This document shows, one piece after another, positions 36,426-46,798 of a stretch of DNA of 64,000 nucleotides (position 1 is its first letter; each line of letters begins with the position of its first letter). Below the pieces are notes generated by a model. It was not told the DNA's origin, made no database searches, and was given only the letters and a program-made list of their open reading frames with translations. Made by a program: the position numbers and the translations under genes. Source of the stretch: Candidatus Gottesmanbacteria bacterium GW2011_GWC1_43_10. Its GTDB lineage: Bacteria > Patescibacteriota > Microgenomatia > UBA10105. The stretch spans positions 15,470-79,469 of the forward strand of contig LCEX01000003.1 of the NCBI GenBank assembly GCA_000995415.1. The letters run 5' to 3'.

Positions 36426-37751
36426 ATGGAAAAATTTGTTATAACAGGTGGTAGACCCTTAAAAGGCACGGTGACAGTAGGAGGAGCCAAAAACGTGGCC
36501 ATGAAAGCCGTAGTTGCCGGTTTACTAACTAACGAAACTTTGACTGTAGCAAATATTCCTCTCATCTCGTCTGTTCTAGGGACAGCCAAAATCGTCGAGC
36601 CATTGGGTGTCGAAGTCAAACGCATCGATCATACACTGACTATTTCAGCCAAAAATATTCACAAATACAAAGTGCCGCTTGAATTGGGGGGACTGTACCG
36701 GACAGCCACGATGGTGATGGGGCCAATGCTCGCTCGCTTTGGCAAAGCGATTGTTCCCAATCCTGGCGGCTGCCGGTTGGGAAAACGCCCTGTAGATTGG
36801 CATATTCAGGCCTTGATTCAGATGGGAGCCAAAATTTCCTACAAAGATGGGTATTTTTATGGTGAAGCCAATGGTTTGCATGGGGCCACCATCAAATTCC
36901 CCAAGAATTCTCATACTGGAACAGAAACAGTCATACTGGCAGCGGTTTTAGCCACCGGCACAACTGTGATTGAAAATGCTGCGGCTGAACCAGAGATTGA
37001 CAACTTAATTCTTTTACTTAAACATATGGGGGCCGTGATTGAGAGACAAGGGAGAACTATCACTATCCACGGCGTAAAAAAGTTGGGCGGGACTAAATTT
37101 ACGATCATGCCGGATCGCAATGAAGTCGTGACTTATGCGATAGCGGCCATAGCCACAGATGGTGACGTCGTCATACACGGGACGGAACGGGAGAACTTAA
37201 AAAGTTTCCTCACCGCTTTAGATCAGGTTGGTGGCGGATGGGAAGCGATGGATCAAACCACGACACGGTTTTTTAGCCAGGGCGTTTTGAAACCAACTGA
37301 CATAGTGACCAGTTTTTATCCCGGATTTATGACAGATTGGCAGGCACCGTGGGCGGTGTTGGCAACTCAAGCGCAAGGCGCATCATCCATCCACGAAACT
37401 GTGTTTGAAAGCCGGTTTTCGTATGTAGCGGAACTCAGGAAAATGGGGGCCAAAATTGATTTTTTTGATCCGGAAGTCAAAGATCCGGAAAAGTTTTATA
37501 ATTTTAAATGGGCTGATCGCATCGAAGACTATCATCAGGGAATCAAAATTTTCGGACCGCGACCACTGCACGAAGCAGTGGTTGAAATCACCGATCTTCG
37601 GGCTGGAGCCACATTGGTGGTAGCGGCTTTGGTTGCCAGAGGCAAATCAGTATTATTGGGGGTGGAGCATATTGATCGCGGATACGAAAAGTTCGATGAA
37701 CAACTGCGTCAACTGGGAGCCAAAATTACGCGGGAAAAGGAGGACTTATGA
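36426..37751 (+). CDS. murA: UDP-N-acetylglucosamine 1-carboxyvinyltransferase MurA
   Basis: MEKFVITGGRPLKGTVTVGGAKNVAMKAVVAGLL, the EPSP-synthase-fold MurA N-terminus. Confidence 0.9.
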   Translation: MEKFVITGGRPLKGTVTVGGAKNVAMKAVVAGLLTNETLTVANIPLISSVLGTAKIVEPLGVEVKRIDHTLTISAKNIHKYKVPLELGGLYRTATMVMGPMLARFGKAIVPNPGGCRLGKRPVDWHIQALIQMGAKISYKDGYFYGEANGLHGATIKFPKNSHTGTETVILAAVLATGTTVIENAAAEPEIDNLILLLKHMGAVIERQGRTITIHGVKKLGGTKFTIMPDRNEVVTYAIAAIATDGDVVIHGTERENLKSFLTALDQVGGGWEAMDQTTTRFFSQGVLKPTDIVTSFYPGFMTDWQAPWAVLATQAQGASSIHETVFESRFSYVAELRKMGAKIDFFDPEVKDPEKFYNFKWADRIEDYHQGIKIFGPRPLHEAVVEITDLRAGATLVVAALVARGKSVLLGVEHIDRGYEKFDEQLRQLGAKITREKEDL

Positions 37752-39040
37752 AAGAAGAATTAACCGTATTACTGCTTGCCGGCGGTAAATCCAGCCGGTT
37801 TTGGCCGCTGACATCTAAGATGACTTACATATTTATGGGCAAGACATTTCTGGAACGGCAAGTTTCTTTATTAAAAGAAGTTGGTTTCAAAAATATCATA
37901 GTGGTGGCTTCGAGTAAAATAGCCCAAAGGTTTGCAAGCAGTACCGCTGAAATCATAGTTCAACAAGGTGAGGGTCAAGGTGCGGCTATACTTTCAACCG
38001 CAGCCAAAATCGCCGGCAAACCATTATTGGTAGTAAATGCCGATGATTTAGTGGCCAAGGATTTATTTCTAAATCTGTTAACTAAAATCGCTGGAACACA
38101 CAATTTGTTAGTCGGATATAAAACAGAGAGTTATTTTCCGGGTGGATATCTAGTGCTCGACGGGAAAAAAGTGGCTCGAGTACATGAAAAACCAGGGGAA
38201 GGAAATACGCCCTCAAGTTTTGTAAAATTGGTTTGTGATTATTTTGTGAGCGCAGATACTTTAGTTCGATACTTGGAGAAAACTGATCGTAGTGATCCAA
38301 ACAGACATTACGAAAACGCTTTAAGCGAAATGATGAAACAAGGCGAAATATTCGAAATGGTGGAATATAGCGATAGTTGGCTGCCGCTAAAATATCCATG
38401 GCAAACACTTGATCTTATGGATGATTACTTAGATCAGATCAAAGTCATGCAAATAAGTAAATCAGCCAAAGTGCACAAAACAGCTAGCTTAATAGGACCG
38501 ATCGTTTTAGGTGAACACGTGCGGGTGATGGAATATTCTAAATTGGTTGGGCCGCTTTATATTGGCGCCGGGACTATCGTCGGAAATCACTCAATGGTGC
38601 GAAGATCAATGATTGGTGAAAACGCAGTTATCGGTTTTGGATGTGACGTCACCCGCAGTTTCATAGGGAGTGACACTTGGTTTCATTCCAACTATATCGG
38701 TGATAGTGTGATTGGAAATCATGTCGCTATGGGAGCCGGGTCGATACTTGCCAATTTACGTCTGGATGAAGGTGATGTTTATTCAAATGTCAAAGGCGAA
38801 CGAATAAGTAGCGGGCGCAACAAATTGGGCGCGATCTTGGGTGAAGGAGTGCGAATTGGGGTGGGTGTAAGAGTGATGCCCGGAGTAAAGGTGGGACAAA
38901 ACAGCGTTGTTGGGCCGGGAGTCATCTTGCAGGAAGATTTAGCCGATAATAAACGATGTCTAGTCAAACAAACCCACGCATTTTCGGAAAACGTGATTTC
39001 CAATGTCCGCGACCGCTCCCGATTCCGGAACAAGCTGTAA
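37748..39040 (+). CDS. bifunctional sugar-1-phosphate nucleotidyltransferase / LbH acyltransferase, GlmU-like
   Basis: N-terminal LLAGGKSSRFWPL nucleotidyltransferase loop. The C-terminal hexapeptide beta-helix is VIGNHVAMGAGSILANLR...VRIGVGVRVMPGVKVG. It lies adjacent to murA, which consumes UDP-GlcNAc. Confidence 0.55.
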   Translation: MKEELTVLLLAGGKSSRFWPLTSKMTYIFMGKTFLERQVSLLKEVGFKNIIVVASSKIAQRFASSTAEIIVQQGEGQGAAILSTAAKIAGKPLLVVNADDLVAKDLFLNLLTKIAGTHNLLVGYKTESYFPGGYLVLDGKKVARVHEKPGEGNTPSSFVKLVCDYFVSADTLVRYLEKTDRSDPNRHYENALSEMMKQGEIFEMVEYSDSWLPLKYPWQTLDLMDDYLDQIKVMQISKSAKVHKTASLIGPIVLGEHVRVMEYSKLVGPLYIGAGTIVGNHSMVRRSMIGENAVIGFGCDVTRSFIGSDTWFHSNYIGDSVIGNHVAMGAGSILANLRLDEGDVYSNVKGERISSGRNKLGAILGEGVRIGVGVRVMPGVKVGQNSVVGPGVILQEDLADNKRCLVKQTHAFSENVISNVRDRSRFRNKL

Positions 39041-39052
39041 TACTTCTTTAAT

Positions 39053-39412
39053 ATGCCTTTTTACGTATTTGCCTGGATTGCCTCAATAGCCTATGGGTTT
39101 GATATCGTCATGTCAAAGCTCACGAGTAAACATGCGATATCCAATCCCTGGTTATTCAATTTTCTTTGGACATTTATGGTGATCCTCTTTACTTTGCCGC
39201 CGGCATTTGCGAGTCACGTCGGTATTCCTCACGATTGGAGTGATATATTGGTAGCGGCATTTTTGGGAGCTTTGGCTTCAATCTTTTTCGTTCTAGCTTT
39301 GTACAAATTGGACGTTTCCGTACTTGCTCCGCTTTTTAACTTCCGATCCGTATTTAGTGTAGCGCTGGGAGCTTTGTTTGTCGGTGAAATTTTGACCCAG
39401 GAGCAGCGGTGA
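39053..39412 (+). CDS. small membrane protein, EamA/DMT-like single domain
   Basis: 119 aa with 4 hydrophobic helices. A weak resemblance to the EamA domain is assumed. Confidence 0.4.
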   Translation: MPFYVFAWIASIAYGFDIVMSKLTSKHAISNPWLFNFLWTFMVILFTLPPAFASHVGIPHDWSDILVAAFLGALASIFFVLALYKLDVSVLAPLFNFRSVFSVALGALFVGEILTQEQR

Positions 39413-39465
39413 TGATTGGAGCTGCGCTCAAGCTCTCTGGTTAGTGAGGCCTTCATTGCACAAAA

Positions 39466-40215
39466 GTGCCATCTCGCGTAAAATTGAGGCTAATGAATAA
39501 ATACCCAGTGGTGATCTTACCGGGGTGGATGTTGGGGTCCAAGCGATTTACTTCTTTGATGGCCGAGTTTACTAAGGCTGGTTATAAAACTTATTGCGTC
39601 GATTTTCCCGGATTTGAACAAGGGATGGAGCTAAACCGGGTATACAATCTAAGCGATTATGTGAGGTATGTGGAGAAGTTTTTGAAGCAAAAAGGTATTG
39701 CTAAAGCCATCTTCGTATGTCACTCTTTTGGGGGCAGGGTGGCACTAAAACTTCTTTCCCAGGAACCAAAACGAGCGGCAGCGCTTGTGATTTCCGGCAC
39801 TCCTGGTTTTCCGACAGTGTCTCGCATCAGATTTTTAATAACTATGTCGGTAGCCAAATTGGGGAAAATATTTTTTTTGCTTCCGCCATTTAGCTTATTC
39901 AAAGACAGAATGCGCCGGCTTTTGTACCGAGTTGCCGGAGCCACTGATTTCTACCACGCCCAAGGACTGATGCGCGAAACTTTTAAAAATGTAGTGAAAG
40001 AGCGGCTGGGGGAGTACATGCAAAAAATTCGTTTACCAGTACTACTGATTTGGGGTAGTCAAGATCGCTTGGCACCGATAGCCATAGCCAAGAGGATGCA
40101 GAAAACACTCACCAGGTCGAAATTGACTATCATCCCTGACCGAGGGCATAATTTTCTTTATAAAGAGCCGCAGTTGATTGTGCACCACACAGAAGAATTC
40201 TTGCAAAAGTTATGA
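39466..40215 (+). CDS. alpha/beta-fold hydrolase
   Basis: Nucleophile elbow VCHSFGGRV (G-x-S-x-G). A late His is in DRGHNF. Length 249 aa. Confidence 0.7.
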   Translation: MPSRVKLRLMNKYPVVILPGWMLGSKRFTSLMAEFTKAGYKTYCVDFPGFEQGMELNRVYNLSDYVRYVEKFLKQKGIAKAIFVCHSFGGRVALKLLSQEPKRAAALVISGTPGFPTVSRIRFLITMSVAKLGKIFFLLPPFSLFKDRMRRLLYRVAGATDFYHAQGLMRETFKNVVKERLGEYMQKIRLPVLLIWGSQDRLAPIAIAKRMQKTLTRSKLTIIPDRGHNFLYKEPQLIVHHTEEFLQKL

Positions 40216-41678
40216 TCGTCATATTTTTGATTGTGTTTTGGAGTTTGCGGATTCTAAGCAATCTGATGTCTTACATTCAGCTGTGGTACATCAAGGAATA
40301 TCGTTTCGATCGGATGTGGATACATCTTAGAACACCGCAGGGAAAGAGATGGTTGTTTATCCCTTTTCGTCGGATGCGGGTTTCCCCCAAAACAATAAGT
40401 TTATTTATTTTTAGTTTATCGAGCCTCATTATTGGTTATCGCCTATTTACTTTTTCCTGGTGGGGGAGACTATTAATTTTGGATGTATTGACGTTTCCAA
40501 TAGTTAGTTTCTGGGTGATGCTACTAAGACTCCCGACTTTGATTTACCATGAATTATTGATTTATTTGGCCACAAAAAAGTTGAGGCGACACAAATTTAA
40601 AAGTGTCATTGGAATCACTGGGAGTTTTGGCAAAACCTCAACCAAAGAATTTTTGGCAACGATTCTTAACCAAAAATACCAAGTCCTAAAAACCGCTGCC
40701 AGCCAAAATTCTGCCATTGGTATCGCTGAGTTGATATTAAATCAGCTTAAACCTACACATGAAATTCTCATTGTGGAAATGGGAGCGTATAAAGTGGGAG
40801 AAATAGCCAGGATGTGCCGGATAGTCCGGCCGCAAATCGGGATCGTGACAGCTATCAATGCTCAGCACCAGGATTTATTTCAGTCGCTAAAAAATACATT
40901 TAGAGCTAAATACGAACTGATAGCGAGTTTACCTTCAGATGGGACAGCTATATTTAATGCTGACAACGAGTATACGCTCAAGATGGCCAAACAAGCCCAA
41001 AAAACCATTAAACAGATTTTGCTTTATACCAAAGCAGATCCACCCGAAAGAGCTGAGGTCCAGATACTGCAAGCGAAAAAGGTTAAAGCTACTTTTGAGA
41101 CTTTGGAGTTTGCTGTCAGTTGGGGTAAAGAAACTGCACGGGTGAAAGTGCCAATTTTGGGCGAACATCAAATCAGCAATATATTGGCAGCCATAGCCGG
41201 AGCAATTGCAAGTGGCATGAGTTTGACTCAGGCTGCCCGGGGGGCAAATCAAATTAAAGCAATTTCTAAAACCATGCAAAAGATAGGGCAAATAAAGGGA
41301 GCTACTCTGATCGACGACACTTTTAATAATAATCCGGATGCTGCTAGGGCGGCGATTAAATTTTTGGGCCAGACGCCAGGCAAAAGAATACTAGTATTTC
41401 AACCGATGATCGAACTTGGAACTCATGCTGAACTTGCACATGAAGAAGTAGGAAAGTTGGCCTCTCAATACTGTGACCAAGTTTATTTAACCAACTCAAA
41501 TTATTTTGAAGCATTCAATAAAGGCGTAAAAAGTGGGTTACAGACTATTTCAGTGCGAGTAATCCCACCGCAAAAAGCAGCAGTCGAGATAAAATCACAG
41601 CTTACAACAGGCGATACAGTTATATTTAAAGGAAAAGAGGCGGAACGGGTGCTGAAGGAACTTATTAAATCAGTATAA
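40212..41678 (+). CDS. murF: MurF-like Mur ligase (UDP-MurNAc-tripeptide--D-Ala-D-Ala ligase) with an atypical hydrophobic N-terminal domain
   Basis: GITGSFGKTSTKEFL P-loop, QNSAIGIAELIL (NNEIG-like), VEMGA, ITNI-like AINAQHQDLF, and C-terminal DDTFNNNPDAARAA (DDSYNANP-like). The first 130 aa are predicted TM helices instead of the usual MurF domain 1. Confidence 0.65.
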   Translation: MIVIFLIVFWSLRILSNLMSYIQLWYIKEYRFDRMWIHLRTPQGKRWLFIPFRRMRVSPKTISLFIFSLSSLIIGYRLFTFSWWGRLLILDVLTFPIVSFWVMLLRLPTLIYHELLIYLATKKLRRHKFKSVIGITGSFGKTSTKEFLATILNQKYQVLKTAASQNSAIGIAELILNQLKPTHEILIVEMGAYKVGEIARMCRIVRPQIGIVTAINAQHQDLFQSLKNTFRAKYELIASLPSDGTAIFNADNEYTLKMAKQAQKTIKQILLYTKADPPERAEVQILQAKKVKATFETLEFAVSWGKETARVKVPILGEHQISNILAAIAGAIASGMSLTQAARGANQIKAISKTMQKIGQIKGATLIDDTFNNNPDAARAAIKFLGQTPGKRILVFQPMIELGTHAELAHEEVGKLASQYCDQVYLTNSNYFEAFNKGVKSGLQTISVRVIPPQKAAVEIKSQLTTGDTVIFKGKEAERVLKELIKSV

Positions 41679-41733
41679 AACCGGTTACGCCCAAGGTTAC
41701 CAAGTGCTTATTAACTTCCGAGGTTGAAGATTT

Positions 41734-42963
41734 ATGTTTTCAAGACCGATTCATATAGGTTTATCACCAAATATCTCTGCCGATGATTATTGGTTGGCGG
41801 TTAAATCTTTGTTTACGCCTTGGAGTTGGAAGCGGGGAAAATCTATTGAAAAAGTTGAAAACTGGTTTAAGGATCATTTTGAAGTACACTTAGCGATTAG
41901 TTTTAATGCCGGCCGTTCAGCTTTGTTGGCTATTTTAGAATCGCTTAATTTAGAAAAAAATAGCGAAGTGTTAGTACAAGCGTATACCTGCGTAGCTGTG
42001 CCCAATAGTGTAGTCTGGGCGGGGTTGAAGCCAATTTATGTGGATATTGATGAGACCCTCAATTTGGATATTGCCGACGCCGAACGTAAGCTCACTTTGC
42101 GGACCAAGGCGCTGATCGTACAACACACTTTTGGGATTCCATCTGACATGGATAAATTGGTTGCCTTTGCCAAAAAACACAATTTGCTGCTGATTGAAGA
42201 TTGTGCCCATGCCTTGGGTGGGACTTACAAAAACAAATTGTTGGGAACTTTTGGTGAAGCAGCCTTTTTTAGCTTCGGTAGAGACAAAATCGTCTCGTCA
42301 GTATTTGGTGGAATGGCGATAACGAACAATAAAAATCTAGGTACAAAAATTGTTCAATACCGAGAGGGTCTTGCTTACCCTTCATATTTGTGGATTTTGC
42401 GTCAGTTATTACACGTTCTGATTTCGGGTTGGGCATTAGCTTTATATCAGATGGCAGGCGCAGGTAAACTTATTTTATATTTGTCTCAAAAATTAAAACT
42501 CGTATCTATGCCGGTTTATTTCAAGGAAATATTAGGGCGTCAGCCAGCAGATTTCCCAAAAGCCTATCCCAATGTTTTGGCGAGCTTAGCTCTTTGGCAA
42601 TTGGATAAACTTCCAGCTATGAATGAATGCCGCCGCCAAATCGCCAAATATTACTTTGAGAATATAAAACCCTCAAAAGTGAAATTACCGGTTAAAGTGA
42701 GCGGTGCTGTTTATCTCCGGTACAATTTATTGACCAATCGGGCTGATGAAATCCGTTGGCAAGCTAAAAAACAGGGAATGATTTTGGGTAACTGGTATCA
42801 CCACACAATTGATCCCAAAGGTGTCATCTGGGCAAAAGTCGGTTACCCAGAGGGTAGTTGTCCCCGAGCCGAAGCTGTGGCTGCAACCAGTCTAAATTTG
42901 CCGACTTATCCGAGTTTAACCAAAACGCAGATGCAACAGATAGTGAGTTTGTTTAAAGGTTAG
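41734..42963 (+). CDS. DegT/DnrJ/EryC1/StrS-family PLP-dependent sugar aminotransferase
   Basis: LIVQHTFGIPSDMD...LIEDCAHALGG...FSFGRDKIVSS, a fold-type I sugar aminotransferase pattern. Confidence 0.7.
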   Translation: MFSRPIHIGLSPNISADDYWLAVKSLFTPWSWKRGKSIEKVENWFKDHFEVHLAISFNAGRSALLAILESLNLEKNSEVLVQAYTCVAVPNSVVWAGLKPIYVDIDETLNLDIADAERKLTLRTKALIVQHTFGIPSDMDKLVAFAKKHNLLLIEDCAHALGGTYKNKLLGTFGEAAFFSFGRDKIVSSVFGGMAITNNKNLGTKIVQYREGLAYPSYLWILRQLLHVLISGWALALYQMAGAGKLILYLSQKLKLVSMPVYFKEILGRQPADFPKAYPNVLASLALWQLDKLPAMNECRRQIAKYYFENIKPSKVKLPVKVSGAVYLRYNLLTNRADEIRWQAKKQGMILGNWYHHTIDPKGVIWAKVGYPEGSCPRAEAVAATSLNLPTYPSLTKTQMQQIVSLFKG

Positions 42964-42968
42964 CTTTT

Positions 42969-43589
42969 ATGCCAAATCAATTGGAGATCAAATGTTTGCC
43001 GGTGGGGGAGCTCGGGACCAATTGTTATTTAGTGTTTGATCGTTTAACCCGAGAAGGTATCATTGTCGACCCGGGTGATGCGGCCGACTATATCGCAGAC
43101 GTGATCCGGGATTTACAAGTCCAGCCCCTACAAGTTTTGGCTACTCATGGGCATTTTGACCACATTTTGGCAGCGTTTGAATTACAACAAGCTTACAAAA
43201 TCCCCTTTCTTATAAGTGCAAAAGACGTATTCTTAGTCGATAGGATGCAGGATAGTGCCAAATTTTTCCTCAAAATATCTATTCCTCAAATGCCACCAAA
43301 GATTGACGCGTTTGTAAAAGAGGGAGACCGAGTTAATTTTGGTAGGCTTTCGCTTAAAGTTTTTGAAACTCCGGGGCATACACCCGGGAGTGTTTGTTTT
43401 TACCATGAAGACAGTAAAACCATGTTTACAGGAGACACTTTATTTAAATCCGCAGTAGGTAGAACTGATTTTTCCTACGGCTCGAGTAAAAATTTACAGG
43501 ATTCACTTCAAAGACTAAAACATTACCCAGGAAAAACACAAGTATATCCCGGACACGGGGAAGCAACTAGTCTGGGAGAAGAATTGTAA
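42969..43589 (+). CDS. MBL-fold metallo-hydrolase (glyoxalase II-like)
   Basis: ATHGHFDHILAA, the H-x-H-x-D-H motif, plus downstream His residues. Confidence 0.85.
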   Translation: MPNQLEIKCLPVGELGTNCYLVFDRLTREGIIVDPGDAADYIADVIRDLQVQPLQVLATHGHFDHILAAFELQQAYKIPFLISAKDVFLVDRMQDSAKFFLKISIPQMPPKIDAFVKEGDRVNFGRLSLKVFETPGHTPGSVCFYHEDSKTMFTGDTLFKSAVGRTDFSYGSSKNLQDSLQRLKHYPGKTQVYPGHGEATSLGEEL

Positions 43590-43683
43590 TTGTTCAGATT
43601 TCCGATAGAAAATCGTCATCGCGAAGGGCCAATGGCCCTGTGGCGATCCCCGATCTAGTCGGGGATTGCTTCGCTACGCTCGC
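43586..43683. repeat. family A structured repeat element, copy 2
   Basis: Same 5' arm and 3' arm as 31588-31682. The inner palindrome is replaced by atccccgatctagtcggggat. Confidence 0.85.
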
Positions 43684-44247
43684 GTCTATCGACTTTTTCA
43701 AAACACAGGTTTAATCATCATTTCCCTAGGGCTTTTGTATGGTGGGGTAGCCATCATCAAATCGGAAATCCCTTTTTGGAATCTGGTGTATGGATTGCCG
43801 GCTATTTCCATGGGAATTCTCATGGCTTTAGTGACCTTCAATGAATTGACCAAAAATCAAACAGCAAAGGCAAGCGAATATCACCTGATCCCGTGCGCCA
43901 TCTGCAAAAAAGAAACACTGGCGCCTTTGCTTATTGAGCGGGTGACGTGTACCGATTGCCAGTACAAAATGGCGGTCAAGCTGCAAATGGGGGCATTGGT
44001 TTTCTTTTTACTTCTGGCATTGCCTGTGACGTATCACCTTTCGCAGCAAGCTCAAGACATCAGGCAAAACGCCCAAGAAAAATCTTCTCAGTGTGAAGTA
44101 GGACTTTGGGAGCCAGAAGTATGTCGCTGCGGAGCTTGGCAAGGTGCGTTGTCTTGCGGAGATGGGCAGCGGGCACGGGTTTGTAATGGAATTGAGTTTT
44201 GTTGTGGTGAGGCAAACGGTAAGTTTTCTTGTGATCCAAGAAAATAA
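43666..44247 (+). CDS. hypothetical membrane protein with CxxC...CxxC zinc-ribbon and Cys-rich C-terminal tail (start uncertain)
   Basis: Two TM helices, then CAICKK...CTDCQY, a third TM and a Cys-rich tail (C-x-C, CGDG, CNGIEFCCGE). The first 6 codons lie in the family A repeat, so the true start is likely downstream. Confidence 0.4.
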   Translation: MLRYARVYRLFQNTGLIIISLGLLYGGVAIIKSEIPFWNLVYGLPAISMGILMALVTFNELTKNQTAKASEYHLIPCAICKKETLAPLLIERVTCTDCQYKMAVKLQMGALVFFLLLALPVTYHLSQQAQDIRQNAQEKSSQCEVGLWEPEVCRCGAWQGALSCGDGQRARVCNGIEFCCGEANGKFSCDPRK

Positions 44248-44253
44248 TCATAT

Positions 44254-45276
44254 TTGATAATAAAAATGCACATGGAAATAACTATTCGTGAAATTAAGCC
44301 AGGGGATGAATGGGATGGATTTATATTAAAAAACAATCCTTGGAGTTTTTTCCAGTCAACTACTTGGATCAAACTTCAAGAAAAACTTGGAGTGTCGGTT
44401 TGGCATTTGGGACTTTTTAACAAGCAAAAAATGATAGGATTGGTAGCAGTTTATGTCATCCGCGCCAAACGAGGCACGTTTCTGCACGTTCGACATGGAC
44501 CGGTTTTCACTTCTTCTACAAACATCGAAAATTGGAAAATACTAATAGCCAAGTTAAAAGAAATTGCTTCTCAGGAAAAAGCCTGGTTTATAAGATTCAG
44601 CCCGATGATTGTCGAAACGCCTACCTTACGAAACTTGTTTCAGAAATTAGGTATGTTTCCGTCGCCAATTCATGCGATGGATGCCGAAATCTGTTGGGTA
44701 CTGGATATAACCAAAACGGAAGAAGAGTTACTAGCCGAAATGCGCAAAACTACTCGTTATCTGATCCGGCAAGCCCAAAAAATGGGAGTTGAAGTCGATA
44801 AAACTAACGGCTTAGCAGATTTTCAAAAACTCTATATTCAGACCTACGAGCGTCACGGATTTGTGCCATATGCAGGAATTGGTGAAGAATTTGATTTGTT
44901 TTTTCAAAATAATAACGCTGTATCATTTGTAGCAAAGCACGATGGATTACCGATTGCAGCAGCGATCATTTTGTTTTTCGGTGACTTTGCTATTTATCAT
45001 CATGGAGCCTCGATCCCGTCCAAAATTCCCGGCAGTTATTTGCTGCAATGGATGGCTATCAAGGAAGCTAAAAAAAGAGGGAAAAAATTATACAATTTCT
45101 GGGGAATTGCGCCGCCTGATAAACCTAACCATCCGTGGAGCGGGATCACGTTATTTAAGCAAGGGTTTGGGGGTCGGGAAGTCCGCTTTGGGCATGTTCA
45201 AGATTTACCCCTCTCCCCTTTTTATGCAATTTCTTATACCATAGAAAAGCTACGCAAACTCAAGCGCGGTTATTGA
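44254..45276 (+). CDS. FemAB-family aminoacyl-tRNA-dependent peptidoglycan peptidyltransferase-like protein
   Basis: 340 aa. YLLQWMAIKEAKKRGKKLYNFWGI resembles the conserved FemABX C-lobe. It sits in a GNAT-like dual-lobe context within the dcw cluster. Confidence 0.6.
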   Translation: MIIKMHMEITIREIKPGDEWDGFILKNNPWSFFQSTTWIKLQEKLGVSVWHLGLFNKQKMIGLVAVYVIRAKRGTFLHVRHGPVFTSSTNIENWKILIAKLKEIASQEKAWFIRFSPMIVETPTLRNLFQKLGMFPSPIHAMDAEICWVLDITKTEEELLAEMRKTTRYLIRQAQKMGVEVDKTNGLADFQKLYIQTYERHGFVPYAGIGEEFDLFFQNNNAVSFVAKHDGLPIAAAIILFFGDFAIYHHGASIPSKIPGSYLLQWMAIKEAKKRGKKLYNFWGIAPPDKPNHPWSGITLFKQGFGGREVRFGHVQDLPLSPFYAISYTIEKLRKLKRGY

Positions 45277-45330
45277 TAGGATCCAAAGATATTCTCTTGG
45301 CAAAGTTGCTATAATAAAGAAAGTGATCAG

Positions 45331-45699
45331 ATGAACGAAATCATTCGCCAGCATCATATTTCCTTCAAAAATGCCTTTGCCGGACTTAAATGGGCGCTCC
45401 TGACACAGCCAAATTTCCGAGTCCATTTTTTTCTATCCGTGGTAGCTATCGGTATCGGCATATATGTGCAGCTTGCGATTTGGGAGTGGGTAGTGATCGT
45501 TCTGACTATTTTTTGGGGATTGGCAGCAGAGATGATCAACACGGCACTCGAGTCAATCACTGATCTGGTTACGCAAGAATGGCGTCAGGAAGCCAAAATA
45601 GCTAAAGATGTCGCCGCCGGTATGATGTTGACAGTCGCCATAGGCGCTGTTATTGTCGCGGCTTTGATTCTTTTACCCAAAATCTTAATTAAAGTCTAA
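45331..45699 (+). CDS. dgkA: diacylglycerol/undecaprenol kinase DgkA family
   Basis: AAEMINTALESITD matches the DgkA E-[ML]-[IL]-N-T-A-[IL]-E signature. There are 3 TM helices. Confidence 0.85.
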   Translation: MNEIIRQHHISFKNAFAGLKWALLTQPNFRVHFFLSVVAIGIGIYVQLAIWEWVVIVLTIFWGLAAEMINTALESITDLVTQEWRQEAKIAKDVAAGMMLTVAIGAVIVAALILLPKILIKV

Positions 45700-45708
45700 A
45701 TATCAGAT

Positions 45709-46749
45709 ATGATCATCATTTTGACGATTTTACTCTTTTCCGTGATCGTAAATTGTGTTTTATTTGTGCCTTATATAAACCTACTGTATAAGTATAAGTT
45801 CCAGCGTCAAAAACAACAGACCAAAGATGCATTTGAGAAACCTACGCCGATTTTTGATGAGTTGCATCGCAACAAAGTTGGTGTACCTTTGGGAGGTGGT
45901 TTACTGATCATCCTGGTGACCACTTTGTTTTTCCCGCTGATGTTACTTTTGATGCGTTATTTTTTCGTGCCGATCACAGAAGTCTACAGGCTAGATGCAG
46001 AAGTAAAAATATTGGTGACGACATTTTTGGGGTTTGGATTACTTGGGTTATATGATGATTTGAAGAAAACTTTTAGCTGGGCCAAAGACGCCTTTTTTGG
46101 TTTGAGGCTGCGCCACAAATTATTGATCGAAATTGTGATTGCGATCGTTATCGCTACCTGGTTGTATACAGATTTAAAAATTGAAATTTTACATATTCCT
46201 TTCATTGGGGTATTTGATTTAGGAGTATTTTTTATCCCGTTTGCGGCTTTGGTCATCATTGCTTTTAGCAATGCCTACAACATCACTGATGGTTTGGATG
46301 GTTTGGCTGGTGGTGTGCTGATGATAGCTTTGGTTGCCTTTTTGATCATTTCTGCTTCGATTTTGGATAGCCCATTGTCGATATTTTTGGCTTTGTGGTT
46401 GGGTGGGATCATCGCATTCTTGTATTTCAATGTATTCCCGGCGCGTATCTTTTTGGGTGACGTGGGAGCCTTATCTTTTGGCGCTACTTTTGCCGTGGTG
46501 GGATTGATTTTAGGAAAAATATTTGTCCTTCTCGTGATCGGCGGCGTATTTGTGGTGGAGGTAGCCTCGTCACTTTTTCAATTGACTGCCAAGAAGTATT
46601 GGGGGAAAAAAATCATGGCGGTAGCTCCACTGCATCTATGGTTGCAATACAAAGGTTGGCCGGAACCAAAAGTAGTGATGCGGGCCTGGTTGATCGGCAT
46701 CATGTTGTCAGCTTTGGGTCTATGGATGGCTTTAATTACCCATCAATAA
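45709..46749 (+). CDS. mraY: phospho-N-acetylmuramoyl-pentapeptide transferase MraY
   Basis: NAYNITDGLDGLAGG and DVGALSFGATFAVVGL motifs. About 10 TM helices. Confidence 0.9.
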   Translation: MIIILTILLFSVIVNCVLFVPYINLLYKYKFQRQKQQTKDAFEKPTPIFDELHRNKVGVPLGGGLLIILVTTLFFPLMLLLMRYFFVPITEVYRLDAEVKILVTTFLGFGLLGLYDDLKKTFSWAKDAFFGLRLRHKLLIEIVIAIVIATWLYTDLKIEILHIPFIGVFDLGVFFIPFAALVIIAFSNAYNITDGLDGLAGGVLMIALVAFLIISASILDSPLSIFLALWLGGIIAFLYFNVFPARIFLGDVGALSFGATFAVVGLILGKIFVLLVIGGVFVVEVASSLFQLTAKKYWGKKIMAVAPLHLWLQYKGWPEPKVVMRAWLIGIMLSALGLWMALITHQ

Positions 46750-46798
46750 GCGACAACTCACTTTTCCGACTCATGGGCACTATCCGCTTAAACGCCAT

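Noticed and set aside
44532-45244. ORFs 44532-44792 and 44942-45244 in alternative frames within the FemAB-like gene
   Set aside because: They overlap a longer ORF with a recognisable family signature.
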